From an uncultured Candidatus Saccharibacteria bacterium (lineage in GTDB: Bacteria; Patescibacteriota; Minisyncoccia; Phycocordibacterales; UBA918): a stretch of 64,000 bases of DNA. Below the pieces are notes generated by a model, which was not told where the DNA came from, did no database searches, and saw nothing but the letters and a program-made list of their open reading frames with translations. The position numbers and the translations under genes were made by a program. Position 1 is the first letter of the stretch, and each line of letters starts with the position of its first letter. Positions 1-8,973 of this stretch are shown here, in pieces. The stretch covers positions 83,583 through 147,582 of the forward strand of contig CAYGKO010000004.1 in the NCBI GenBank assembly GCA_964350735.1, in the 5' to 3' direction.

Positions 1-1694
1 GGATCAAGAAAGTTGGAGAAAAGGATGACTGGACCGTCACCAATGTAAAAGAGAGTGAAGCCAAACGTTCGCCAAAAGCACCGTTTACAACTTCGACCAT
101 GCAGCAAGCAGCTTCGACCCGACTCGGCTTCGCCCCGAGTCGCACCATGGGCGCGGCCCAGAAGCTCTATGAAGCCGGACACATCACCTATATGCGTACC
201 GACAGTACCAACATGAGCGAGATCGCCCTCAAGCAAATCTACAGTGTAGTGACTAAGCAGTATGGAAAAGAGTATCTCTCACCCCGGACTTTTAGTGCCA
301 AAAGCAAATCCGCCCAAGAGGCCCACGAAGCCGTCCGGCCGACTAATTTCAATAAAACCCAAGCGGGACTAACTGGTGATCAAAAAGCCCTCTACGAGCT
401 GATTTGGTCGCGCGCCATGGCTTCACAGATGGCCGACGCGCAGATGAAACGAACCAAAGTGCTCATTAACGTATCTGACGCCAAAGATAGTATTCCTGAT
501 TTTGCTGTCAATGGTTCCCGACTTACCTTCGACGGCTGGATCGCGGCTGATCCACTAGCCCGAGGGGAAGACACCGAAGTGCCAAAGATCGCTGCTGGCG
601 ACGTAGTAAAAGTAAAAGAAGTGGAAGTGGAAGCGAAACAGACTCAGCCGCCAGGACGCTACTCTGAAGCTGGCCTTATTAAAGAACTTGAAAAGCGTGG
701 CATCGGCCGACCATCTACTTACGCCAGTATCATCAAAACCATCATCGACCGTGGCTATGTCCTAAAAGAAGGTAAAGCCCTGCAACCAACCGATACCGGT
801 GACGTCGTATCGTCATTCTTGGAAACACATTTCCTTGAGTACATCGACGACGACTTCACTAGTGACATGGAAAACCAGCTCGACGACATTGCTAACGGTG
901 ATCGTAAATACGAAAAGACCTTAAAAGATTTCTACACACCATTTCACAAAGCGGTTGAAGCCAAAGAAGATATCGAAAAACTCACCAACCTTGGCCCTGG
1001 ACCTAAGGAATTCCCGTGTCCTGAGTGTAAGTCAGGCATGGTGCGCAAACTCGGCCGTAATGGTACGTTTTTGTCATGTGATCGCTTCCCTGACTGTAAT
1101 GGAGCTCGCATGATTGACGGTAGTGAAATCAAAGAAGACGAACCAATCGGCAATCACCCCGAAACCGGTGATCCGATCTTTGTCATGAATGGACGGTTTG
1201 GCCCCTACGTACAACTCGGCGCTACCCCAGAAAAAGTCAAAGGCAAGAAACAAGAGAAACCGAAGCGAGCCAGTATCCCAGCGGACGTCAAATCCGAAGA
1301 CGTTACGCTTGATCTGGCAGTAAAATACCTACTCCTCCCCCGCGAACTAGGTGAGCACACAACGACTGGAGAACCTGTCATTGCCAACACTGGTCAATAC
1401 GGACCGTATATCGGTCACGCTGGTGACTTCCGCTCCCTTAAAGGTGACGACGACCCGTACACCATCACGTTTGAACGGGCACTTGAAATATTACAGGAAC
1501 CAAAGCAGCTGCGTAAGGGTGAGACGCTCTGCAAAGAACTCGGTATCCATCCACGTACTCGTAAGCTGGTAAATGTATACAAAAGTAAGTCAGGTAAGTA
1601 TCTCCGAAAAGGCTTCAAACGAATCAATATTCCTGATAGTGTCGATATGAAAAAGTTTACAATCGAAGACGCGATAGAGATGCTAAAGCAGTAA
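1..1694 (+). CDS. topA: DNA topoisomerase I (5'-truncated by window edge)
   Basis: AQKLYEAGHITYMRTDS (catalytic Tyr), AQEAHEAVRPT, GIGRPSTYA; C-terminal zinc ribbon (CPEC..C..C) plus GRFGPY-type repeats; frame is open upstream of 99. Confidence 0.97.
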   Translation, partial: IKKVGEKDDWTVTNVKESEAKRSPKAPFTTSTMQQAASTRLGFAPSRTMGAAQKLYEAGHITYMRTDSTNMSEIALKQIYSVVTKQYGKEYLSPRTFSAKSKSAQEAHEAVRPTNFNKTQAGLTGDQKALYELIWSRAMASQMADAQMKRTKVLINVSDAKDSIPDFAVNGSRLTFDGWIAADPLARGEDTEVPKIAAGDVVKVKEVEVEAKQTQPPGRYSEAGLIKELEKRGIGRPSTYASIIKTIIDRGYVLKEGKALQPTDTGDVVSSFLETHFLEYIDDDFTSDMENQLDDIANGDRKYEKTLKDFYTPFHKAVEAKEDIEKLTNLGPGPKEFPCPECKSGMVRKLGRNGTFLSCDRFPDCNGARMIDGSEIKEDEPIGNHPETGDPIFVMNGRFGPYVQLGATPEKVKGKKQEKPKRASIPADVKSEDVTLDLAVKYLLLPRELGEHTTTGEPVIANTGQYGPYIGHAGDFRSLKGDDDPYTITFERALEILQEPKQLRKGETLCKELGIHPRTRKLVNVYKSKSGKYLRKGFKRINIPDSVDMKKFTIEDAIEMLKQ

Positions 1695-1714
1695 TATCCA
1701 TTAAATACATCGAA

Positions 1715-1749
1715 AGCCGCGCAAGGCCTACGGGTTCTGTGCGGTTTTT
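1715..1749 (+). terminator. Intrinsic terminator after topA
   Basis: gccgcgcaaggcc-tac-gggttctgtgcggt imperfect hairpin followed by a T run. Confidence 0.6.
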
Positions 1750-1751
1750 CC

Positions 1752-1780
1752 TTGCCAATTTAGCACTTCATCTCTAGAAT
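1752..1780 (+). promoter_or_regulatory. Sigma70-type promoter giving a probably leaderless relA/spoT mRNA
   Basis: TTGCCA (1752-1757), 17 bp, TAGAAT (1775-1780), 6 bp, ATG (1787). Confidence 0.7.
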
Positions 1781-1786
1781 GAACTG

Positions 1787-3328
1787 ATGATAACAGCCAA
1801 AGAAATAATTGGACGACTCAATAACCCAACTGACGCTGACAAAGCTTTGATAACAAAGTCCTACGAACTCGCTGAGACTGCACACGCTGGCCATACTCGC
1901 TATTCTGGAGAGCAGTATATGATCCATGTCGCTACCGTTGGTCTCAGGCTGGCTGAGATGGGCATGGGACCACGTACTATTGCAGCCGGACTGCTGCATG
2001 ACACTATTGAAGATACTGAGGTCACACCGGATGAAATAAAAGAAAAATTTGGTGAGGAGATTTTATTCCTCGTTGATGGTGTAACCAAACTCAGTTCTGT
2101 TCGTTATTACGGTACCGACCGGCACAACGAATCACTACGAAAACTGTTTGTTGCTACCAGCCAAGACATTCGAGTCTTGATTATAAAACTGGTTGATCGT
2201 CTTCATAACATGGAGACGCTGAATTTCGTCCCACCTGAAAAACAAAAGCGGATCGCGACTGAAACGCTGGAGATCTATGTCCCCGTGGCCCACCGCCTTG
2301 GTATTGGTCGGATTCGAAAAGAATTGGAAGATCTGGCCTTTCCATATGTATATCCCGAAGCATACGAACGTGTCGAAACACTAATTAGTCAGAAAGCTGG
2401 TAAGCGGAGTGAGATTTTGGAACGTGAACGTAAGACCTTACAAAAACGACTAGCTGAAGTTGGACTACGTGACTTCTCGACTTCATACCGCGTCAAAGGT
2501 AAGTATAGTTTGTTTCAGAAACTAAAACGAAAGGATTGGAATATTGAAAGCGTCTACGACCTGCTTGCTATCCGGGTTGTGGTCGGTAACATGGAAGAAT
2601 GTTATCGCACCCTTGGAGTGATCCATGAGCTTTGGCGACCATTACCAAAACGCATGAAAGACTATATCGCGTTCCCAAAACCTAACGGTTATCAATCCAT
2701 CCACACCACGGTTGCTACTCCTCATGGCACAATCTTAGAAATCCAAATTCGCACCCAAAAAATGCATCAGGAAGCTGAGTACGGAGTCGCTTCTCACATT
2801 ATCTACAAAGACACTAATTCTAGCAAAAAATCACCACAGTCCCACTGGTTTAGTCGCCTAGCTCCTTCTCTCTTTCGTCCGTTTGCTTGGCGCGACCAAG
2901 CGATCGTCACAAAGTCTATAGCCAAGGGAGACTTGCCGCCACACGCTAAAATTCCTACGTGGATCAATCAGATTGGGGAAATCTATACTGATGAAAAAAG
3001 TTCAGGTCGAGAATTTGTTGACGATATGCGCACTGACTTCTTTAAAACTAGGATATTCGTCTTTACCCCCAATGGCGATGTGGTTGATTTACCAACTGGA
3101 GCCACACCAGTAGATTTTGCATATGCCATCCACTCTGAAGTTGGCGGCCATATGTCTGCAGCAAAAATTAATAACAAATTAAGCCAATTAGATTCCGAAC
3201 TTCGCAATGGAGATATTGTAGAAATTGAAACCAAGAGATCATCCAAACCTACGCCAAAATGGCTCGATTTTGCTAAAACTTCGCTAGCCAAACGACGTAT
3301 TAAATTGGCTCTAGAAAGCGAGAAATAG
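1787..3328 (+). CDS. spoT: RelA/SpoT (p)ppGpp synthetase/hydrolase (HD + synthetase + TGS domains, no ACT domain)
   Basis: AAGLLHDTIED, IKLVDRLHNMETL, KPNGYQSIHT, EIQIRT, VFTPNGDVVDLP...DFAYAIHSEVG. Confidence 0.93.
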   Translation: MITAKEIIGRLNNPTDADKALITKSYELAETAHAGHTRYSGEQYMIHVATVGLRLAEMGMGPRTIAAGLLHDTIEDTEVTPDEIKEKFGEEILFLVDGVTKLSSVRYYGTDRHNESLRKLFVATSQDIRVLIIKLVDRLHNMETLNFVPPEKQKRIATETLEIYVPVAHRLGIGRIRKELEDLAFPYVYPEAYERVETLISQKAGKRSEILERERKTLQKRLAEVGLRDFSTSYRVKGKYSLFQKLKRKDWNIESVYDLLAIRVVVGNMEECYRTLGVIHELWRPLPKRMKDYIAFPKPNGYQSIHTTVATPHGTILEIQIRTQKMHQEAEYGVASHIIYKDTNSSKKSPQSHWFSRLAPSLFRPFAWRDQAIVTKSIAKGDLPPHAKIPTWINQIGEIYTDEKSSGREFVDDMRTDFFKTRIFVFTPNGDVVDLPTGATPVDFAYAIHSEVGGHMSAAKINNKLSQLDSELRNGDIVEIETKRSSKPTPKWLDFAKTSLAKRRIKLALESEK

Positions 3329-3333
3329 AATTT

Positions 3334-3365
3334 AAAAAACTGGATCGTTATCGATCCAGTTTTTT
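3334..3365. terminator. Bidirectional terminator between convergent spoT and parB
   Basis: aaaaaactggatcg-ttat-cgatccagtttttt perfect inverted repeat. Confidence 0.85.
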
Positions 3366-3366
3366 G

Positions 3367-4725
3367 TTACACTCCGAAATTTTTTACAGTATAGAGGTCA
3401 CTGTCATCATCATTTTTTTCTGTCACTTGTTGTGGTGAAATAAACGAATCTTCTGTGATCAGGCGCTCAGGCGCTTCAGTATTTTGGACTGGTTCGGGGG
3501 GCACAATCGGTGCTGGAGCATTACTTGCTGCAAAGCTAGGATCCAAGACAGTGTCATTTAAGGCTTCTCGTAAGTGGTTTCGTAAATCAGATTGTGTTCT
3601 GTTTTTTACTGTTTCTATTTTAGCTTGAGTATCGTCTTCGTTTACAGGTACTAGAGCCTCCTCAATCGCTGGTGTCGACACCTCTGCTTCCGGAACTTCA
3701 ATTACAGACAAACGATCAGAGATATCTTCTGACTCTTGAATCTCTGCAGCAGGAGCAACGCCCTCTTCTGGTTTTTCCAGCACCGGATCAAACGGGGTTG
3801 CTTCACTCAGTTTTTTTAAAGCCTCATCAACGTCATGTCCAGTTTCTACCACTTCTGCCGCTATCGCTGCCCCAGCAAGACTAGAGGCAGATTTACTCTC
3901 TTCTGCTTTCATTAAAACGAGCAGCTTGTCTAAGTCTTCTTGCGAGAAGTAATCGATAGTAAGCTTGCCGCCATAGTCAGTCTTGGCAATCTGCACCCGG
4001 GTACCTAAAGTCTCCGTAAATTGCTTTTCCATCTCGATCAGTTCGGGATCGGTATCTTTCCACTTCTTACTCCGCACTTTATCCTGAGCAATCTTACGCG
4101 CAATCCGTTCCACTTCTCGAACAGACAATTTCTTCAACAAGATCTCACGGAACACGGTATCTTGCTCCTCCGGACGATCATTCAACATCAGCAGTGTCCG
4201 ACCATGTCCTTCAGTAATATCCCCTACTTTGAGTGACTGCAGCATACATTCTGGTAGTAGCAGCAATCGCATCGTATTACTTACATACTCACGGCTACGG
4301 CCCACTTTTTTAGCTACCGCTGCATGTGAAAGTCCAAAACTGTCTGCTAACTGGCGAAAGGCTAACGCTCGGTCTACAGCATTAAGATCCTCACGCTGCA
4401 AGTTCTCAATGATAGCCAGCTCAAGCTTCTCTTGCTCACTATCCTCGCCTTCACGGATAATCACCGGCACTTGTAGCAATCCGGCTAATTTACTAGCGCG
4501 CAAACGACGTTCCCCAGCAATCAGTTCGTACTCAGTAAAGAACGCGCCGTCTTCACGCTGAATTTCCTTTCGAGTTACGGTCAGGGGCTGCAAAATACCG
4601 TACATTCGGACCGATTCTGACAATTCCTTGAGTTTAGCCTCATTAAATTCCCGCCGTGGTTGAAACGGATTAGGGACAATTTTCCCTACTTCTACCCAAA
4701 AAATTGAATCTCCTTGAAATGCCAT
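3367..4725 (-). CDS. parB: ParB/Spo0J partition protein with long acidic C-terminal tail
   Basis: PNPFQPRR, GILQPL, YELIAGERRLRA, AIIENLQREDL, HTH VGRSREYVSN. Confidence 0.93.
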   Translation of the reverse strand: MAFQGDSIFWVEVGKIVPNPFQPRREFNEAKLKELSESVRMYGILQPLTVTRKEIQREDGAFFTEYELIAGERRLRASKLAGLLQVPVIIREGEDSEQEKLELAIIENLQREDLNAVDRALAFRQLADSFGLSHAAVAKKVGRSREYVSNTMRLLLLPECMLQSLKVGDITEGHGRTLLMLNDRPEEQDTVFREILLKKLSVREVERIARKIAQDKVRSKKWKDTDPELIEMEKQFTETLGTRVQIAKTDYGGKLTIDYFSQEDLDKLLVLMKAEESKSASSLAGAAIAAEVVETGHDVDEALKKLSEATPFDPVLEKPEEGVAPAAEIQESEDISDRLSVIEVPEAEVSTPAIEEALVPVNEDDTQAKIETVKNRTQSDLRNHLREALNDTVLDPSFAASNAPAPIVPPEPVQNTEAPERLITEDSFISPQQVTEKNDDDSDLYTVKNFGV

Positions 4726-4933
4726 TCTAAAATAAATACCTTACAGACAGCAAAAAGCTTCGCTTTTGCCGTTCATTCATAACTCCAATACTGACATTTT
4801 AGCATACGCATATCTGACAGGGTGTTTATAACTTTTGCATTTTCTGCTACACTCGTATCCACTTGCCGGAGTCAGGAATAGACGGGTGAAATGTGCAGGT
4901 GCACATTTCATGGCGACGGTTTGAACATAGTGT

Positions 4934-5015
4934 GCCGCGGTGGCGGAATTGGTAGACGCGTGCGACTCAAAATCGCATTCCGCAAGGAGTGAGGGTTCAA
5001 TTCCCTCCCGCGGCA
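4934..5015 (+). tRNA. tRNA-Leu(CAA)
   Basis: GCCGCGG/CCGCGGC acceptor, tgcga-CTCAAAA-tcgca anticodon arm, long variable arm, GGTTCAATTCC T-arm. Confidence 0.95.
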
Positions 5016-5028
5016 CAGTGTGTTTAAA

Positions 5029-5076
5029 CAAAATCATATCTCGCAAAGGTGAGGGTTCAATTCCCTCCTTCGGCAC
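5029..5076 (+). repeat. Degenerate tandem copy of the tRNA-Leu(CAA) 3' half
   Basis: gtgagggttcaattccctcc at 5049-5068 is identical to 4989-5008; flanked by caaaatc and cggcac as in the tRNA. Confidence 0.85.
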
Positions 5077-5970
5077 ATGGAAAAGGAAAAAATAATAATC
5101 GTTGTCGGTCCAACTGCTTCTGGAAAAACTGACTTAGCTATTACGCTGGCTCAAGAATTCACAGGTGAAGTAATCTCGGCTGATTCAAGGCAAATCTACC
5201 GTGGGCTTGATATTGGAACGGCTAAAGTAACTACAGCAGAAATGAGAGGTGTTCCTCATCATCTCATTAATATTGTAGATATACATGAAAACTACGGTCC
5301 GGTGGATTTTAAAAGAGATGCCGCTACTGCGATCACGAATATTACATCTCGTGATGCACTCCCTATTATTGCGGGCGGGACATTCTTTTACACTGACACA
5401 CTCCTTGGTCGCATCAGCACTCCGGCCGTACCGCCAAACCCTGCACTGCGGGAAGCACTAGAAGAGCTGCCCGTTGAAGCGTTGTATACAAAACTACAAA
5501 AAATTGACCCTCGGCGAGCAGCTGACATAGATGAGCATAATCCACGACGTTTAGTACGAGCGATTGAGATCGCTAGTGCCCTAGGGGCAGTGCCTGAAAA
5601 AAAGCCACTCGAAAACCTTTATGACGCACTGATCATTGGAATCGAAACAGACAGAGATGAGTTGCGTGCCCGCATCGCAGCACGCGCTCCTGCCTGGCTC
5701 ACCATTGGTTTAAAAGAAGAAGTAGTGGCACTACTTACAGCTGGAGTATCAAAAGAGCGCCTCAACGAAATGGGCTTTGAATATCAAATCGGTATGGAGT
5801 TAGCAGCTGGAGCAATCACTGAAGAAGCATTTATCCAGAAATTCACTGAAAAAAATTGGCAGTATGCTAAACGCCAACTATCTTGGCTGAAGCGAGATCA
5901 GACAATTGAGTGGTACAAACGTGAACATACTCATGACGTTATCGCCCGCGTACGGGAGTTTCTTGGTTGA
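5077..5970 (+). CDS. miaA: tRNA dimethylallyltransferase
   Basis: GPTASGKT, ISADSRQIYRGLDIGTAK, PHHLI, GGTFFY, YAKRQLSW. Confidence 0.97.
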   Translation: MEKEKIIIVVGPTASGKTDLAITLAQEFTGEVISADSRQIYRGLDIGTAKVTTAEMRGVPHHLINIVDIHENYGPVDFKRDAATAITNITSRDALPIIAGGTFFYTDTLLGRISTPAVPPNPALREALEELPVEALYTKLQKIDPRRAADIDEHNPRRLVRAIEIASALGAVPEKKPLENLYDALIIGIETDRDELRARIAARAPAWLTIGLKEEVVALLTAGVSKERLNEMGFEYQIGMELAAGAITEEAFIQKFTEKNWQYAKRQLSWLKRDQTIEWYKREHTHDVIARVREFLG

Positions 5971-6018
5971 TTTTAATCTCCCTTTCCCCTACTATGTAGC
6001 GCACGTGATTTTACGTAA

Positions 6019-6089
6019 GGGCCTATAGTTTAGTGGTAGAATTCTGGTCTCCAAAACCAGCGGCCGTGGTTCGAGTCCACGTGGGCCCG
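6019..6089 (+). tRNA. tRNA-Trp(CCA)
   Basis: GGGCCTA/TGGGCCC acceptor; ctggt-CTCCAAA-accag anticodon arm; GGTTCGAGTCC. Confidence 0.93.
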
Positions 6090-6233
6090 CCTTCAGAAAA
6101 TAGCTTGCAAATGCAAGCTATTTTCTTTTACCCAAAGTTCGTTTCAGAACTTTTTACTTGAACAGAATAAGTATTTATGGCATTGTGCATTTAGCAGGCA
6201 TTACGCCTAACCGAAACAACTGGAGGGTTTCAA

Positions 6234-6815
6234 ATGTTCTATCAATCCGAAATAACGTACGCAGGTCGGATACCCAAAGCTATCTGGGGTGATTTATTCA
6301 TCAACACCATGATTGCTGATGACATACCTGTCACTGACCACGAGGTGCAATACTTTATTGCACGCTTCTGTTTCTTCAGTAAACCAGACATCCGTGCAGT
6401 CGATGGTGATTTCCAAGTCGCTCTAAATGGCAACGAAGGTGTCACCTTTATCGGTGAAGCAGCTCTGTTATACAACCTGCTTGGAGAAATGATGCAAAAC
6501 AGCATCGAAGCAGGTTCGACCATCTTCAAGTTCGGCGTGACTATCACCGACACAGAGGTCGTTCTGACTATCTCTGATAACGGAAAGGGTTTGCCAAATG
6601 ACTTTGTGCCACTTCGCTTTTTTGAGGGTCATACCACCAAAGCAACTGGCTGGGGTCACTCACTGGCGTATGCTGCACTTGGCATCGAAAAGATGGGTGG
6701 CTCTGTCGCCTATCTTGGCAAAGGTATCGAGGATACTGGTGCAAGTTTCTCAATCACCCTACTTCGGGAAATGCCTGAAGTTCAGATAAATGAAAGGAAC
6801 TGGGATGTTCGATGA
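6234..6815 (+). CDS. Stand-alone GHKL/HATPase_c-domain protein
   Basis: N box EMMQNSIEA, G1 ISDNGKG, F/G2 FFEGHTTKATGWGHSL; GGAGG upstream; no sensor or clear H-box. Confidence 0.75.
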   Translation: MFYQSEITYAGRIPKAIWGDLFINTMIADDIPVTDHEVQYFIARFCFFSKPDIRAVDGDFQVALNGNEGVTFIGEAALLYNLLGEMMQNSIEAGSTIFKFGVTITDTEVVLTISDNGKGLPNDFVPLRFFEGHTTKATGWGHSLAYAALGIEKMGGSVAYLGKGIEDTGASFSITLLREMPEVQINERNWDVR

Positions 6816-7098
6816 AACTGCAATCAGTGCTGAACTGCTTCGGACAGCAGTCAGCCCCTGTGAGAGCGAAAAAAACGCTCTCACAGCCGTGAGAATGCTG
6901 GGTGCAGCACTTGAGCCAGATGCACAAGCACTTGCGTCAGTTGTGACGGAAGGTCGCAAAAGCGTCGCAGCGTCAGCTCTGGACTACATCATCCGATGCT
7001 TTGGCGATAATGCTGAACAGTTGGACAAGGTTGTCGCCGAGCTAAAACGTGTGATTACGCCTCATCACAAGAACTTCGATTTGGTAAAAGGTCTCTGA
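6790..7098 (+). CDS. Hypothetical protein (start may be ATG 6805), overlapping the upstream gene
   Basis: 102-aa ORF overlapping the GHKL gene end, followed by a terminator hairpin at about 7117-7157. Confidence 0.55.
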   Translation: MKGTGMFDETAISAELLRTAVSPCESEKNALTAVRMLGAALEPDAQALASVVTEGRKSVAASALDYIIRCFGDNAEQLDKVVAELKRVITPHHKNFDLVKGL

Positions 7099-7239
7099 CC
7101 CCACCGAGTCCATAAACCGCTTGAAAGTCGCTCTGACTTTCGGGCGGCTTTCTTTTTATACAACCAACTCTTGCAGTATTTGAATACTCGATTTGATATA
7201 TTCTCTTTCTCTGTATAGTTCTGAAAGCCAGGTTTCTTG

Positions 7240-7439
7240 CCCGCTCGAGTAAAACAAAAACACTTTGACATTAGTCAAAGTGTTTTTGTTTTAGAAAGTG
7301 ACCTGCGTCACTTTCGTGCTCGAGCGGGAGACGGAAGCATGTCGCACGGAGCGCAAGCGAGTATGATAGCTAAGTCGGGGTCGAAGGTACTTGCTAGATT
7401 ACGAGCGAAGTGAAGTAATCTAGTTAGTAACCTGTGACC
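7240..7439. repeat. Structured intergenic element (nested inverted repeats, GAGCGAAG hairpin)
   Basis: cccgctcgag/ctcgagcggg enclosing a 20-bp perfect IR (7250-7293) and gaaagtgac/gtcactttc; hairpin 7377-7439 resembles 43234-43295. Confidence 0.75.
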
Positions 7440-7468
7440 GCAAGAAAGACCACTACAAAACAGCACAC

Positions 7469-8140
7469 TTACGGATTACTCAACCGATACTCCGTCGCAT
7501 CCCCAATCATCTGATTCACCACTCGTTCATGCGTTTCTGGCGTAATGTGTTCGTAGCGTAGAAGTTCGTCAGCTGCATCAATACCGCGCTGTAAATTCCC
7601 TCCTTCAGGAATGCTCTGTATAGACATGAGATTAGAACTTCCTAGTGCAGCCCCACCAGTGTAGTTATACTCTTCTCGTAACGCACTGTAGGGGTTATCA
7701 AGCGGCGCTGGACCACAACCATGTAAGCCGAACTGCCGACAATCAGCTGCTTCAGGACGAGGTGTTGGTAGTGGAGACGTAGGTGTACTCCCGTCAGGCA
7801 ATACTGCTCCTTCCGGTCGGGCCCCAGGCACGGGCGCCTCAAGTGGTGCAAACGGGCTCACCGCTTCTTCGACATCTACCCCAAACGTAGCAGCGGCAAT
7901 AGACAATATTGTATACGCGGACAGCATTATCAATAAACCAATCAAACCCCATAAAATATGTTTCTTCCCCTTTTCTTTGGCTTGCGGATTACTAGCTCCT
8001 GCCACATATTCAAAACAACCATACAAAAAGAAAATCACTGCTACCACTGTCATTAGCGTGATCAAAGGGAAGAAAATAGCTGCATTCAATTTCTGAACGA
8101 AGCTTTTAGCTAAATCTACGGCAGCGGCATGAACAATCAT
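7469..8140 (-). CDS. TrbC/VirB2-type pilin-domain protein with Pro-rich linker and unknown C-terminal domain
   Basis: Two hydrophobic helices around a GASNPQAKEKGKKHILWGLIG loop; close paralogue of 26206-26523. Confidence 0.8.
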   Translation of the reverse strand: MIVHAAAVDLAKSFVQKLNAAIFFPLITLMTVVAVIFFLYGCFEYVAGASNPQAKEKGKKHILWGLIGLLIMLSAYTILSIAAATFGVDVEEAVSPFAPLEAPVPGARPEGAVLPDGSTPTSPLPTPRPEAADCRQFGLHGCGPAPLDNPYSALREEYNYTGGAALGSSNLMSIQSIPEGGNLQRGIDAADELLRYEHITPETHERVVNQMIGDATEYRLSNP

Positions 8141-8149
8141 AAAATGTAA

Positions 8150-8971
8150 TTAGTTTGCATACAATGAAAAATGATTTCCTGTCGCAACTCCCTCTACACA
8201 ATTACTAGCTCCTAGACAAGATCCACCAGGACCTGGTTCATACACCGCTCGAAACCCCAATGCTGTCGCTTGTGCTTGAAAGGATTTCACACGTTCAGAA
8301 GTCCAGTCTCGATCTTTGAATACAATATCTACACACGTCCCGTCTCCGTGACAAGCTGACTTATGAGTTCGAGTGGGTGGAAATCCTTCAGTTACCTCAA
8401 GTTCAACACCACTTGATCGTGCGAGTCCGGCTAAACGCTCGCCGTATTCTGCCTCAACCGTACAACTTCTAGAATTTTTACATGAAACTGCAGTTGAAAT
8501 ATCAACACACGTAGGGCAGCCTGCACTAGCCTTTGCAGACAACTCAGTACCCGCCTCAGGCCCTTCTAAAGCATTAACATCACGAGCCACCGGCTTCACC
8601 ATACCACCACACTCTACCAGCCCCCACGCATCCAAACCACCAGAGTCAGTGGTGATTCGCAATACAGTATCCACAATCAACCACGCAGACAACACAATAA
8701 TGAATCCAATCACCACATTAGTGAACAACCCTTTTGCTTCAGCAGCTGCGCTCGAGTTTCCACCTGAGGTGAGCAGCTTAACGCCAGCCACGGCGATCAT
8801 AATGACCGCAATCACCACACAAATGGTAATCAGAAAGTTAACAATCCCATTTACCATATCAAGCAAGTTGCAGAAGTCACACTCGGGACCAGAGCAGGTT
8901 ACTAACGCAGCGGTCGCAAACTCAGGTATAGCTGTCACTAGTAAAACTGGAATGAGAAAAAGAAATTTCAT
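8150..8971 (-). CDS. Pilin domain fused to a peptidase M15-like (LAS/Hedgehog-DD-peptidase) domain
   Basis: Signal peptide, CxxxxCxxC, TM-TSGGNSSAAAEAK-TM pilin; C-terminal EVTEG...HKSACHGDGTCVD (H-x6-D)...GNHFS. Confidence 0.72.
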   Translation of the reverse strand: MKFLFLIPVLLVTAIPEFATAALVTCSGPECDFCNLLDMVNGIVNFLITICVVIAVIMIAVAGVKLLTSGGNSSAAAEAKGLFTNVVIGFIIVLSAWLIVDTVLRITTDSGGLDAWGLVECGGMVKPVARDVNALEGPEAGTELSAKASAGCPTCVDISTAVSCKNSRSCTVEAEYGERLAGLARSSGVELEVTEGFPPTRTHKSACHGDGTCVDIVFKDRDWTSERVKSFQAQATALGFRAVYEPGPGGSCLGASNCVEGVATGNHFSLYAN

Positions 8972-8973
8972 AT

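Noticed and set aside
1760-1786. CIRCE/HrcA operator (TTAGCACT) upstream of spoT
   Set aside because: Only a left half-site; no GAGTGCTAA at the required 9-bp spacing
4777-5076. 99-aa minus-strand ORF with repeated EGIEPS
   Set aside because: Antisense translation of tRNA-Leu and its duplicated T-arm; similar spurious ORFs overlie other tRNAs (21939-22184, 48017-48310)
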